From Candidatus Danuiimicrobium aquiferis (lineage in GTDB: Bacteria; Omnitrophota; Omnitrophia; Omnitrophales; Danuiimicrobiaceae): a DNA stretch of 64,000 bases. Location: NCBI GenBank assembly GCA_001804285.1, contig MHFR01000051.1, positions 46,926 through 110,925 of the forward strand, read 5' to 3'. The notes below the pieces were generated by a model. The model was not told the origin of the DNA. It was given only the letters and a program-made list of their open reading frames with translations, and did no database searches. Below are positions 18,265 through 27,603 of this stretch, in pieces. A program made the translations under genes and the position numbers. Within the stretch, counting starts at the first letter, position 1. Each line of letters begins with the position of its first letter.

Positions 18265-19701
18265 ATGGATGTTAAGCTGACACAAAATCAAACCCAGAAG
18301 CTTATACTAATACCCCAGTTACGGCAATTTCTAGAACTCCTTGAGATTCCATCGATTGAGCTAATCCAGAGAATCGAGCAAGAACTGGTCCAGAATCCAA
18401 CGCTTGAAGAAAAAAAGTCAGAAGAACAAATCGAACTTCAGGAATCGTCTAAAGAAGAGGAAATTCCGTCAAATGAAAGAGATGAAACGATGCGTGAATA
18501 TCTCGAGGCCATGGACGCGTCTTCCGAAGCGAATCACAACGACGGCTCACTTCAGGATTTGTCGTTTGCATTACCGGCAGATATTCAGAAAAAACAACTC
18601 TATCGGGAGTCTCTACTCACCAACAATCGATCACTTGCGAATTATTTAGAAGGGCAGTTGGGAGTTCTTGACCTTTCCCCCGATGAGTCTAAAATCGCGA
18701 AAGAAGTTATCGGCAATATTGATGATGAAGGCCGGTTGGTTGCGACCAACGAAGAAATAGCAAAAGCCACTTCTTCGACGGCGGAGATTGTTGAAGAAAT
18801 CATCAAAAAAATTCAGCGATTAGACCCACCGGGGGTGGGCGGAAGGAATCTCCAGGAGACTTTGCTTTTGCAACTGCAAAGAAAATCCGGCGATACATCG
18901 TTAACGCGGACGATTGTCGAAAAATATATGCCGCAGCTTGAAAAAAAACAATTTGATCTGATTGCCAGAAGTCTGTCTGTTTCGGCGGAAAAAGTTAAAG
19001 CGGCCTACCGGCAAATCATTGAATTAGAACCGTATCCTGGCCGCATTTTTTTGCAGGACACCTCTCAGGTGATCGTTCCTGACGCCATCGTTGTTCCCAA
19101 TCCAGAAAATGAGGACGAATTTTTAATTGATGTTACCAATGACTATATTCCCCAGCTTCGGATCAATCCCCTCTACCGTCAAATGTTGAAAGACAAGACC
19201 ACGGATCCGGCGACCCGTCAATTTTTAAGAGAAAAAATTCAGGCAGGGCTCGATCTCATCCGGGCCATTCTGCAGAGGAAATCAACCATTCGTCAAATCA
19301 CAGAAGAGCTTGTTCAGAGGCAAAAGGATTTCTTCTCGCTCGGGTTTTCGCATCTCAGGCCTTTGCGCTTGAAAGATATTTCCGAGAAAATTGGTGTTCA
19401 CGAATCAACGGTGAGCCGGGCCATTCAAAATAAATATATTTCAACTCCGCAAGGGACCATTCCCTACAAAAGTTTCTTTTCGTCAAAAATGGAGTCTGAA
19501 AACGGATCGAATGAGTCTCAAAAAAGCGTGATGGAAAGATTAAAGCATATGATCGCGAGCGAAAATAAGTCAAAGCCTTACAGTGATGCGGAGCTCGTTA
19601 AAATGCTCGATAAGGACGGTATTAAAATTTCAAGAAGGACCGTTGCGAAGTACCGCGATCGATTAAAGCTTTTACCCACCTATTTGAGGAAAGAACGATA
19701 A
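18265..19701 (+). CDS. rpoN: RNA polymerase sigma-54 factor
   Basis: MDVKLTQNQTQKLILIPQLRQFLELLEIPSIELIQRIEQELVQNP is a sigma-54 N-terminal activator-interacting region. The C-terminal RpoN box is RRTVAKYRDRLKL. Confidence 0.9.
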   Translation: MDVKLTQNQTQKLILIPQLRQFLELLEIPSIELIQRIEQELVQNPTLEEKKSEEQIELQESSKEEEIPSNERDETMREYLEAMDASSEANHNDGSLQDLSFALPADIQKKQLYRESLLTNNRSLANYLEGQLGVLDLSPDESKIAKEVIGNIDDEGRLVATNEEIAKATSSTAEIVEEIIKKIQRLDPPGVGGRNLQETLLLQLQRKSGDTSLTRTIVEKYMPQLEKKQFDLIARSLSVSAEKVKAAYRQIIELEPYPGRIFLQDTSQVIVPDAIVVPNPENEDEFLIDVTNDYIPQLRINPLYRQMLKDKTTDPATRQFLREKIQAGLDLIRAILQRKSTIRQITEELVQRQKDFFSLGFSHLRPLRLKDISEKIGVHESTVSRAIQNKYISTPQGTIPYKSFFSSKMESENGSNESQKSVMERLKHMIASENKSKPYSDAELVKMLDKDGIKISRRTVAKYRDRLKLLPTYLRKER

Positions 19702-19960
19702 TTGTATGTATATGTGATAGTCTGCGGTTTTATAATGACTTGTATAGCCCACGTCTCTTCCCCCTTTGACTGAAGCTTATTTTGAGATCTTTTAGTGATT
19801 TAATAAGTGTCAGATTTTTTTCACTAAATTTGCACGGAGGCACAGGTGGTGTTAACCTTAAGATAAGAGGTCATGCTGCGGGCATTGGAAAATGAGCAAA
19901 CAGTTCATTTGCTTGATTAAATGCCGATATGTTAAGTGGTAATTTTAAAAAGGTTATCCA

Positions 19961-20470
19961 GTGGAACAAAAACAATTTGTTAAAACACTGAATGGTTTGG
20001 CCGGGAATCAAAAGTCCGGATTTACATTAGCCGAACTTTTGGTTGTCACTGTGATTGTTGGAATTTTGGGGATCCTTTCTATTCCGAAGTTTTATGCCCA
20101 AATCGAAAAGGCGAAAATATCTCAGGCTTTGGGTGTTTTATCGGCCATTCAAAAAAACGAGAAAATTTATCGCGCTGAACATGGTTATTACAAAGCATTA
20201 TATGAGATAGCAAGTACCGCAGATTGGGGAGGGATCGGAATGATGGATCCTTCTCCGTTTCTGCTTTCATCGCCCGATGGTGAGTTTAAGTATGAATTCC
20301 GCTTCTTAATGGACTCATATGGATATTTTGCGTTTGCAACACGCACAACGAAAAATGATTATAAAGGATATTCGGGTAAAAGAATTCGGGTTCGGCATTC
20401 TGACGGAAAAGCGGTCTGTAGCGCTGATCAATCTGACCACCCGTTGATTCCATTTTCAGCGTGTTGGTAG
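19961..20470 (+). CDS. Type IV pilin / pseudopilin paralog 1 (prepilin-type N-terminal cleavage/methylation domain)
   Basis: The ~20-aa leader ends ...NQKSG|FTLAELLVVTVIVGILGILSIPKF, a class III signal with Glu at +5. The C-terminal motif is CSADQSDHPLIPFSAC. Start is a GTG. Confidence 0.75.
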   Translation: MEQKQFVKTLNGLAGNQKSGFTLAELLVVTVIVGILGILSIPKFYAQIEKAKISQALGVLSAIQKNEKIYRAEHGYYKALYEIASTADWGGIGMMDPSPFLLSSPDGEFKYEFRFLMDSYGYFAFATRTTKNDYKGYSGKRIRVRHSDGKAVCSADQSDHPLIPFSACW

Positions 20471-20489
20471 ATTTGATAAAATGAGGTGA

Positions 20490-21002
20490 TTGACAGTGAA
20501 AAAAAATATATTGTACACCGTATTAAAAAACAAAAAAAAAGCGGTGTCAGGCTTTACACTTGCCGAACTTTTAATTGTTACTGTGATTGTGGGAATTTTA
20601 GGGATTATTTCTATGCCGAAGTTTTATGCCCAAAAGGAAACGGCGAAAATATCGGAAGCTTTAAGTATTTTATCAGCAATTCGTCAAAATGAGCGAGCTT
20701 ATTTTCTTGAAAAGGGCTCTTACAAAATAATAGTTCCTAACGCAAATGCGACAGATTGGGGGGAGATCGGAATGCTGGATCCTTCTCCGGATCCGCCCGC
20801 AGGTGAGTTTGACTATGAATTCAAATCCGGGGAGGAGGGGATATACTATGCGTTCGCAACACGCACGGCAAACAATAATTATATGGGATATGCTGGTAAA
20901 TTCGTTCGGGTTCGGGATAGCGATGGAAAAGCTGTCTGTTCTGCTGATACCGATCACCCTTTGATTTCCGATTCAGCGTGTTTGCAGCCTTGGCCGAGTT
21001 GA
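20490..21002 (+). CDS. Type IV pilin paralog 2
   Basis: ...KKKAVSG|FTLAELLIVTVIVGILGIISMPKFYAQKE, with C-terminal CSADTDHPLISDSAC. GAGGTGA RBS at ~20484; the true start is probably the GTG at ~20496. Confidence 0.75.
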   Translation: MTVKKNILYTVLKNKKKAVSGFTLAELLIVTVIVGILGIISMPKFYAQKETAKISEALSILSAIRQNERAYFLEKGSYKIIVPNANATDWGEIGMLDPSPDPPAGEFDYEFKSGEEGIYYAFATRTANNNYMGYAGKFVRVRDSDGKAVCSADTDHPLISDSACLQPWPS

Positions 21003-21016
21003 TAGAAACGAGGTGA

Positions 21017-21562
21017 ATGACAATGAAAGAAAACATATTGCAGGTTTTGTTGAAAAATAGAAAACAACGACTGTCGGGTTTTACACTTGCCGAACTTCTA
21101 ATCGTCATTGTAATTTTGGGCGTATTGGGAGCGATTGCGCTTCCTAAATATTTTCCGCAATCCGAAAAAAGTCGCCTATCCGAGTCATTTGAAATTTTAG
21201 GTGCCATTCGAAAAGGACAGGAAGCATACCGATTAACAACCCCTGGATTTACTTATTTGAGTATGGGCGATTGCAATAGCCCTGCCAACGCTCCGACTTC
21301 CCAAGGTAATAGTGCCAATGCGAACCAGTGGGCGCGTTTAGGAATGGACCGCCCTGCCGGTCAGTTTTTTGATTTCTGCACGAGAAGTGATTCTCCGTAT
21401 ACCACGTTTGTTGCTTATGCGTACAGAAAATCATCAGGGCCCTTTGGGTCTACTTATGGGACAAAATATGTCGGAATTACACAAACTGGTTTTTTTTGCG
21501 GTGATCATCCATTGATTCCGACTTCAGTTTGCCAAAGCGGTACTTGCAGTGCTTGTCCTTAA
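21017..21562 (+). CDS. Type IV pilin paralog 3
   Basis: ...RKQRLSG|FTLAELLIVIVILGVLGAIALPKYF, with C-terminal CGDHPLIPTSVCQSGTCSAC. GAGGTGA RBS; the true start is probably the second ATG at ~21023. Confidence 0.75.
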   Translation: MTMKENILQVLLKNRKQRLSGFTLAELLIVIVILGVLGAIALPKYFPQSEKSRLSESFEILGAIRKGQEAYRLTTPGFTYLSMGDCNSPANAPTSQGNSANANQWARLGMDRPAGQFFDFCTRSDSPYTTFVAYAYRKSSGPFGSTYGTKYVGITQTGFFCGDHPLIPTSVCQSGTCSACP

Positions 21563-21606
21563 TCTGAGGCTTTGCTTTTTTTGATATTTTAAAGGAAACA
21601 GAGCAA

Positions 21607-22116
21607 ATGAAATATTTTTTAAACGGAACCAATCAAAAACTAAGGCGAACCAATTTATTTTCACCTCGGAGTTTTCACTTTGCCCGCATTTCACATTCCG
21701 GTTTTTCTTTGACAGAACTGCTTATTACCGTGACTGTGCTCGGTATTTTAGCCGCTGTATCGGTTCCTGTTTATTTGAATCACCTGGAAAAAGCGCGCAT
21801 TTCTGAAGCGATTCAATTGTTGAACCGGGTTCACATAGGAAAACAGCAATTTGCGGCTATTAGGGGTGCAACAGCAACAACATGGGCTCAAGTTGGAATG
21901 GCTACCCCCACTCCGGTGCCCCCGTGTTGGAGTTATGCAACTCAAAATATCCCCGGCATAGGAATAGTATTTCGCGCAACTCTTAATAATTCTCAAAGCA
22001 AATATAACGGGAACAACATTATACTTTGTAGAACCGGTAAGTTTTGTGGTACCCATCCCCTCATCCCGGGTTCACTATGTGTCAATTCCAGTTGTTCTGA
22101 TTGTACTGGCTGTTAG
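21607..22116 (+). CDS. Type IV pilin paralog 4 (33-aa leader)
   Basis: ...ARISHSG|FSLTELLITVTVLGILAAVSVPVYL, with C-terminal CGTHPLIPGSLCVNSSCSDCTGC. AAGGA RBS. Confidence 0.7.
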   Translation: MKYFLNGTNQKLRRTNLFSPRSFHFARISHSGFSLTELLITVTVLGILAAVSVPVYLNHLEKARISEAIQLLNRVHIGKQQFAAIRGATATTWAQVGMATPTPVPPCWSYATQNIPGIGIVFRATLNNSQSKYNGNNIILCRTGKFCGTHPLIPGSLCVNSSCSDCTGC

Positions 22117-22400
22117 CCTTCAGAAGGTATGATTGGCATCTGGGCGCATCTTCATAACTCATTTCATATCAATAAGTTACATTACAAATATTTGCATTTA
22201 CCACCTTGTTTTTTCATATAAGTGGGTTATACTTTTAATAGGAGTAGCGGTGTAAGGTTTTTTGAGAAGAACAAATTTTTTTTGCCCACTTTTTTAAGAC
22301 TTTTTTAGAAAGACGAAATTAGGAGAAAGATGAGGAGCTAATGGTGAAGACCGGACAGTGGTTCAGTGAAAAACAGAGATATATAAAAAATGTCGGCGGA

Positions 22401-22811
22401 ATGAAGTCTGGATTTTCACTTGTAGAAGTGATTATTAGTATGATGGTCATTGCGATCGTTGCCCTGGGAGCATTTGCTGCTATGAACTATTCTAAAAAAT
22501 CCTCTAAGGATGCTGAAGAAAAAATGATCGCTGTTTCTATCGTTGAGAGAAAACTGAATGAGTTTCGAACTCTCAACGTGTTAGATCTTAACGTCTATAA
22601 CGATTTCCAAAATACAGTAACCCTCGATACCAATACCATCAATGGTGACATTTCATCTTTTCTGAATAATGGGCTCATTCAGGACAGGATTGTGCAGCCA
22701 AATCCCCCAAACGACCCGGCCTATAAAGAGGTGACTGTACAAGTGACATGGCTGGATAGATTGAATTTCTCTCATGAGGTGACTATGACCGTTACTCTTT
22801 TAGCAGCGTAA
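22401..22811 (+). CDS. Minor (pseudo)pilin with short leader
   Basis: MKSG|FSLVEVIISMMVIAIVALGAF is a prepilin-type N-terminus. The internal start is preferred over the ORF-track 22341. Confidence 0.65.
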   Translation: MKSGFSLVEVIISMMVIAIVALGAFAAMNYSKKSSKDAEEKMIAVSIVERKLNEFRTLNVLDLNVYNDFQNTVTLDTNTINGDISSFLNNGLIQDRIVQPNPPNDPAYKEVTVQVTWLDRLNFSHEVTMTVTLLAA

Positions 22812-22929
22812 AAGTTTTCTAATTTTAGGTTTGAAAGGTATTGAGATGGAACTGATTCATCGCGAAAAAAATAATGAAAGCCGTAAATGCGAAGTGAAAC
22901 CCGCACGGGTTATTAGAAGCTTTCATTTG

Positions 22930-23532
22930 ATGCGGGGGTTTACTCTTCTTGAGCTGATTATCGCGATGATATTCGTCTCCATCATTGTGCTGGGAAGCTC
23001 CGCCCTTCAATTTTCCGTTGTTCAGCAAGCGAACAAAGTCGGACTTGAAATGAGAGTCCGGCAACGGATGGATTTCGTTTTTCGACACATGGAACTCATG
23101 TTGGCCAACGCCACAAATGTGAGCGTTACTTATAGTCCTGCCGTTGAAAGTCCCACAGGGTTCAATACCTCAACCTTGTGTTTTACCTATGCAATAGACG
23201 GTATCAACTATTGTTATAAATATTGGTATAACTATGCGGACACTTATGGGAGTACGTCTAATTCTATTCGCCTTGATTCCCCGACCAGATGGATAACCAT
23301 TCTGTATTCTACCGGTGGTAGCACCCCTGATCAAAAGGCTCAAACACGGATTGTGCCGGGACCGGGGACAAGAGGCTTTGAGTTATCACCAGACAAGAAA
23401 ATTGTTTATGTTAGTTTGAAAGGACAGATTGCTATGGGCAAAGTTAATAAGCTCATAACCATGCCAAGCTCATATCGTTACATTGACATGCCGCCAATAC
23501 GCAAATCGATTTATATGCCGATGTCGTCTTAG
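22930..23532 (+). CDS. Minor pilin (PilW/FimT-like)
   Basis: MRG|FTLLELIIAMIFVSIIVLGSSALQF. The ORF-track start at 22831 would give a 36-aa leader, so the true start is uncertain. Confidence 0.6.
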   Translation: MRGFTLLELIIAMIFVSIIVLGSSALQFSVVQQANKVGLEMRVRQRMDFVFRHMELMLANATNVSVTYSPAVESPTGFNTSTLCFTYAIDGINYCYKYWYNYADTYGSTSNSIRLDSPTRWITILYSTGGSTPDQKAQTRIVPGPGTRGFELSPDKKIVYVSLKGQIAMGKVNKLITMPSSYRYIDMPPIRKSIYMPMSS

Positions 23533-23551
23533 AAAGGAGATTGAGAACTGT

Positions 23552-26500
23552 ATGGCAAAGGGACAAGAAGTACTCATCAATCAAAATCCGGCAATCATGA
23601 AAGCGCGCTCCAAGCGTAATAGCAGGAATGCTAATACTTTTGGATTTGCTTTATTGTATGCGATTTTCTTGGCGATAGCGGTTGAAATAGGGATTATCGG
23701 AAGTCTGTACACGATGGCCCGGCATCAAAGAGAGGTGCAGACGGATCTCAATAGAGTTCAAATGCGCATGTTGAACGTTTCTGCCGTGAATGAGGTATTG
23801 AGAAATTTTAAAGAATATTTAGGAACACATCCGAATTTTCCGCAACATGATGTCAATTCAGAGGTGCATGATTTTGATAATCCCTTATCCTCTTGGTATA
23901 ACAATGCAAGTACGGGATTTAAAAATCGTTATTCTCATGTATCCGGATTTTTCGATTTAGACTTATCCAATTTAAAAGTTCGGAAAGTTGCGGAGTCCGA
24001 CGGAGGAGGTGTTTGGTGGCGTGAATATGAGATTTCATCGCGTGTTAAGAGCCTATGGGTACCCATGCAATCTGAGATTAAACAAAAAGTTAGAATTTCG
24101 AACGGCAAATTGTTTGATTTTTCTATTTTTTCGAATGTGGATTTAGAAATTCAGGGCGGCCCGAGTTTTGATCTTCAGGGGCCTATTTTTTCTAACGGTA
24201 ATATTTATTTGATGAACAATCCGGGAAGTCTATTAAAACTACTGCGTCCGAGCAACATTGATAGTCCGGAAAGCCGAGAACCCTATATCATGAGAGCTGC
24301 CGGTAACATCTATTTTGGCCAGAATCGGGCCTTTGCGCCTAATTATCTTTTAACTAATGCCGGATATAGCCAGAACGTCCCTTCAGAGTATACGGACCCG
24401 CTGAACAATGGACTGGAAATTAACGTTGCGATGGATTTAAGTTCATATTTACCGGTTTTCCGTTTTGCTCCCTTTATTTACCACTTTAATAATGGAACTA
24501 GTTTTAAAACTGCTTCGGGAGGAACTCCGGGAAATTCTCCCGAAGTTTGTGTGCAAAACAATCAAAATTGCGTATGGGTGGATACCGGCGGAACATTTAC
24601 TAAGCTGGTGCCTTATCATCCCCCAATGAAATCAATTACATGGTTTTATCCGTCGTATGGCTCGAGGTATTACACAGTGGTCGCGGGGTCCCAATATGGA
24701 GAACCGAGTTCTCAAGGTTTTATTTCTATGTCAAATGCGGTTGATATAAATAATTATCCGGGAATTGACCCCGCTTGGACCCCCGCTGCCCCGACAACTT
24801 ATTCACCCCCTGTTAATCCAAGCTGGCAGAATAGTTTATTTAACGGTTCTGGCGGACAATCAGATGTTATTGCTCAAGGAATGCCCACCAGATCGATCCC
24901 AATTGGTGATCCGGTCAATCCAAGTGGTGCGCATTTATTGATAGAACCCATCATGGATTCTGACACAACGGCAATAAAAGAAAGTAAATTTCAACAGAAG
25001 GCAATCGATTTCGGAAGCGGAATCGGCTTTAATATTCATTGTCTTAAATCAGAAATACTAGAACCGATATACGTAGCGATATACGATTGTGCAGACGCTC
25101 AATATATTTCGCCTGATTTCCAAGCCTTGATAGATCTGAATGTGGCCCAGTATCAAAATACAGCTTCATTTTTTGATTTTCGGATAGCGAGTCCCCGAAC
25201 ATATATTTCTATAGATATCAATAAGCTCTTACAATTTTATCCCCAAGCGAAAATGATCTATGTGAGGTTGTTGAATGGTCTTATGGCGCCTTTTTCTAAG
25301 CCCCCCCGAGCGCTTAGGATAATTAATGCCAAGCGCCTTCCCAAAACCGGCCTCACGATTGCAACAAATGGAAGAATTTATATTCAAGGTAACTATAATA
25401 CTTATTTGTATGAAAATGCTGATGGTTCTTCAAGAATGGCAGCCGATGGTACAACACTTTGTCAAGATATTCCGGCTGAAGACAGTGATTCAGGTAATGC
25501 GGCTCCCTGCTATTGTACCGATACGGAATGGGATAATGATGCATGTGCCCCGCCGCCCGCCGCCATTTTTAGCGACAGTTTTGTTGCTTTGTCTTCTAAT
25601 TGGTCTGATACTTATACATCTACTATGCCGCCGGTAGAAGGTCGTCTTGCCTCTGATACGATAATCAATGTCGGAATCGCAACGGGTATCCGCAGATCGC
25701 AACTTCTTAATTCGACTTATTTCTCGACTTCGTGCGTAGCAGATATGAGCAATTGTGAAGCCAATGGTACTTGGCTTAGTCCAGATGATTCAACGACCTA
25801 TTATAGAGGCTCGGATAAGAGCTATTATTATGTGAATAAATGTTCTGGGAAGTATTTAACTGCCTATGCTACTTCTAAGGCTAAAGCGGGTGGTGATACG
25901 ACTTCAACCAAATTGCCTCCGCCGCCCGTAACCGATTTGAACGATCCTGCTCCGGAGTGTGAGGCATACAATGCGAAAACCGCTACTGAAAAATATAATG
26001 CGGACTCTTGGCGATTACCTATTTTCACCGATATGATCCGTCAACCAGGCGGCGAGTATAGTTGGAAAGATCACAAGTCGGACTCCGCACCAGTGCCGGT
26101 GCGGGCGTTTAAAGGAGTTTATTTCCGGAGATTGAATTCTTCGAGAATATTTTTTGATGGCACTATATGTGTTTTATCCGGTCCTTGTCCGGGAGAAAAT
26201 ACTATCTGCCCGGATGGAACAGTTTGTCAAGGAACGCGGGGCATGATAAATAACTCGCGATGTACTCTGGTGAGTGCTGAGACGGGTGCCTATAGCTGTA
26301 ATTCTTGTGAAACACCTCCCGCTTGCACTTGTTATCAGGGACAGGCGTGTGACCCAAATGCGGCTAACTTTGATCCAACGGTCGTGTATGGCGGGGACTA
26401 TTATTACAATTTATATACTGTTGAATATAGCGGCGGGCTTGAAAATGTTGTTAACCTTCAGGAGAATTGGGCGGGAAAATCATTACGATTTTTGGGGACG

Positions 26501-26677
26501 ACGGCAATCACATGGTATGCAGACGGATTGAATAGCTATCCGTACAAGACAAGTTACTATGTGGCACCGAATCGAAAGTTCAGATATAACGGCCAACGAA
26601 TGGTTATGGATCCGCCGCCCGGAACTCCGGGTACGTTTGCGATGATAAAAAAAGAATCGACCGAGAAAATCTATTAG
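23552..26677 (+). CDS. Large PilX-N-domain protein (1042 aa), putative pilus tip/minor-pilin adhesin with a Cys-rich C-terminal region
   Basis: AAAGGAGA RBS at ~23533-23540, then the ATG at 23552. The N-terminus KRNSRNANTFGFALLYAIFLAIAVEIGIIG is a PilX-like hydrophobic N-domain. The C-terminal third carries many Cys in short spacings (CYCTDTEWDNDAC, CPGENTICPDGTVCQG, CNSCETPPACTCYQGQAC). No PilY1 beta-propeller signature was recognised. Confidence 0.6.
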   Translation: MAKGQEVLINQNPAIMKARSKRNSRNANTFGFALLYAIFLAIAVEIGIIGSLYTMARHQREVQTDLNRVQMRMLNVSAVNEVLRNFKEYLGTHPNFPQHDVNSEVHDFDNPLSSWYNNASTGFKNRYSHVSGFFDLDLSNLKVRKVAESDGGGVWWREYEISSRVKSLWVPMQSEIKQKVRISNGKLFDFSIFSNVDLEIQGGPSFDLQGPIFSNGNIYLMNNPGSLLKLLRPSNIDSPESREPYIMRAAGNIYFGQNRAFAPNYLLTNAGYSQNVPSEYTDPLNNGLEINVAMDLSSYLPVFRFAPFIYHFNNGTSFKTASGGTPGNSPEVCVQNNQNCVWVDTGGTFTKLVPYHPPMKSITWFYPSYGSRYYTVVAGSQYGEPSSQGFISMSNAVDINNYPGIDPAWTPAAPTTYSPPVNPSWQNSLFNGSGGQSDVIAQGMPTRSIPIGDPVNPSGAHLLIEPIMDSDTTAIKESKFQQKAIDFGSGIGFNIHCLKSEILEPIYVAIYDCADAQYISPDFQALIDLNVAQYQNTASFFDFRIASPRTYISIDINKLLQFYPQAKMIYVRLLNGLMAPFSKPPRALRIINAKRLPKTGLTIATNGRIYIQGNYNTYLYENADGSSRMAADGTTLCQDIPAEDSDSGNAAPCYCTDTEWDNDACAPPPAAIFSDSFVALSSNWSDTYTSTMPPVEGRLASDTIINVGIATGIRRSQLLNSTYFSTSCVADMSNCEANGTWLSPDDSTTYYRGSDKSYYYVNKCSGKYLTAYATSKAKAGGDTTSTKLPPPPVTDLNDPAPECEAYNAKTATEKYNADSWRLPIFTDMIRQPGGEYSWKDHKSDSAPVPVRAFKGVYFRRLNSSRIFFDGTICVLSGPCPGENTICPDGTVCQGTRGMINNSRCTLVSAETGAYSCNSCETPPACTCYQGQACDPNAANFDPTVVYGGDYYYNLYTVEYSGGLENVVNLQENWAGKSLRFLGTTAITWYADGLNSYPYKTSYYVAPNRKFRYNGQRMVMDPPPGTPGTFAMIKKESTEKIY

Positions 26678-26715
26678 CCCGGATTTCTCATCACTAATGA
26701 GAGATTCCGCTTTGT
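26676..26715. repeat. Family-B fragment forming a hairpin just 3' of the 1042-aa pilus protein gene
   Basis: TTAGCCCGGATTTCTCATCACTAATGAGAGATTCCGCT matches 39603-39640. The internal palindrome is TCTCAT-cacta-ATGAGA. Confidence 0.6.
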
Positions 26716-26743
26716 AATGAATTAAGTTAATATGGGCTAACAT

Positions 26744-27289
26744 ATGAAAAATGACGTATTAAAAAAATGCATCAAAAAAAAAGAACATCCCGGCAAAGGC
26801 GTGACGCTCACAGAACTGCTGGTAGTGGTGGTGATCGTGGCCATTGGGTCAAGTATGTTTTTACCAAAAATTGATAAGGGGATTGAGAATCAAAAAGCGC
26901 TCAACGCGCTTAATACCCTTCGAACGATTTCCCAGGCGCGGCGGATGTATGTTATGGAAGTGAGCGGACTTTTGACCACGAACGTGCTGCCATCGGGGAA
27001 CCCTATGTGTGTTGCCGGTACTTCAGCAATTGATGAATTAGTTAACAAGGGGTATTTAGATCGAAATGATTTCGCACCCGGTTTTACTTATACTTTTGGT
27101 AATACTAGTGCCTTTTTTGTCAGCAATAGAGATGTTATCGCAAGAACTCCGGAAGGAAGGCAGATTAGTTTTGAAAGTCAGACATGGTGTGCTGGTAATC
27201 CCGGAGGCATCGGAGGAGATAGCTATATCAAAGATAGTGATGGCTACATTGGCCCCACAACAGGATTAGGCTCCGACCAAGATTACTAA
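26744..27289 (+). CDS. Pilin-like protein (prepilin-type N-terminus, G|V variant)
   Basis: ...HPGKG|VTLTELLVVVVIVAIGSSMFLPKI. Length is 181 aa. Confidence 0.55.
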   Translation: MKNDVLKKCIKKKEHPGKGVTLTELLVVVVIVAIGSSMFLPKIDKGIENQKALNALNTLRTISQARRMYVMEVSGLLTTNVLPSGNPMCVAGTSAIDELVNKGYLDRNDFAPGFTYTFGNTSAFFVSNRDVIARTPEGRQISFESQTWCAGNPGGIGGDSYIKDSDGYIGPTTGLGSDQDY

Positions 27290-27344
27290 CGAGGGCTGAG
27301 CTACGTCATACGATACCTTTTGTGGACGACGAACCAAATAAAAA

Positions 27345-27417
27345 AGCTGGCGGTCGGAGTCGAACCGACGACCTGCTGTTTACGAAACAGCTGCTCTGCC
27401 AACTGAGCTACACCAGC
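27345..27417 (-). tRNA. tRNA-Thr (anticodon CGT)
   Basis: The reverse complement is GCTGGTGTAGCTCAGTTGGCAGAGCAGCTGTTTCGTAAACAGCAGGTCGTCGGTTCGACTCCGACCGCCAGCT. The acceptor stem is 7 bp with one G-U pair. The anticodon stem GCTGT/ACAGC encloses loop TTCGTAA, and the T-loop is GGTTCGACTCC. No CCA is encoded, and a T-run follows. Confidence 0.85.
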
Positions 27418-27603
27418 GAGAAAACTACAATAGAACTAATACCAAGAATATATATATCAAAGTTTTCGAGCAGTCCTTGCTGTGTTTTTTACAGCAAGGG
27501 CAGCGAGAATTTGTAACACTCTCCGTGCTCCGCACTCCGAGTGCTGCTACGCGTTTCGCTCCTAACGAAGTTTGCGAATTATACCAAATATTAAAAAAAT
27601 CAT

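Noticed and set aside
27461-27520. Hairpin CCTTGCTGT-gtttttta-ACAGCAAGG as an intrinsic terminator for thiD
   Set aside because: The stem is short and AT-containing and has no downstream T-run on either strand. This is at most a weak structure, so it is not called.
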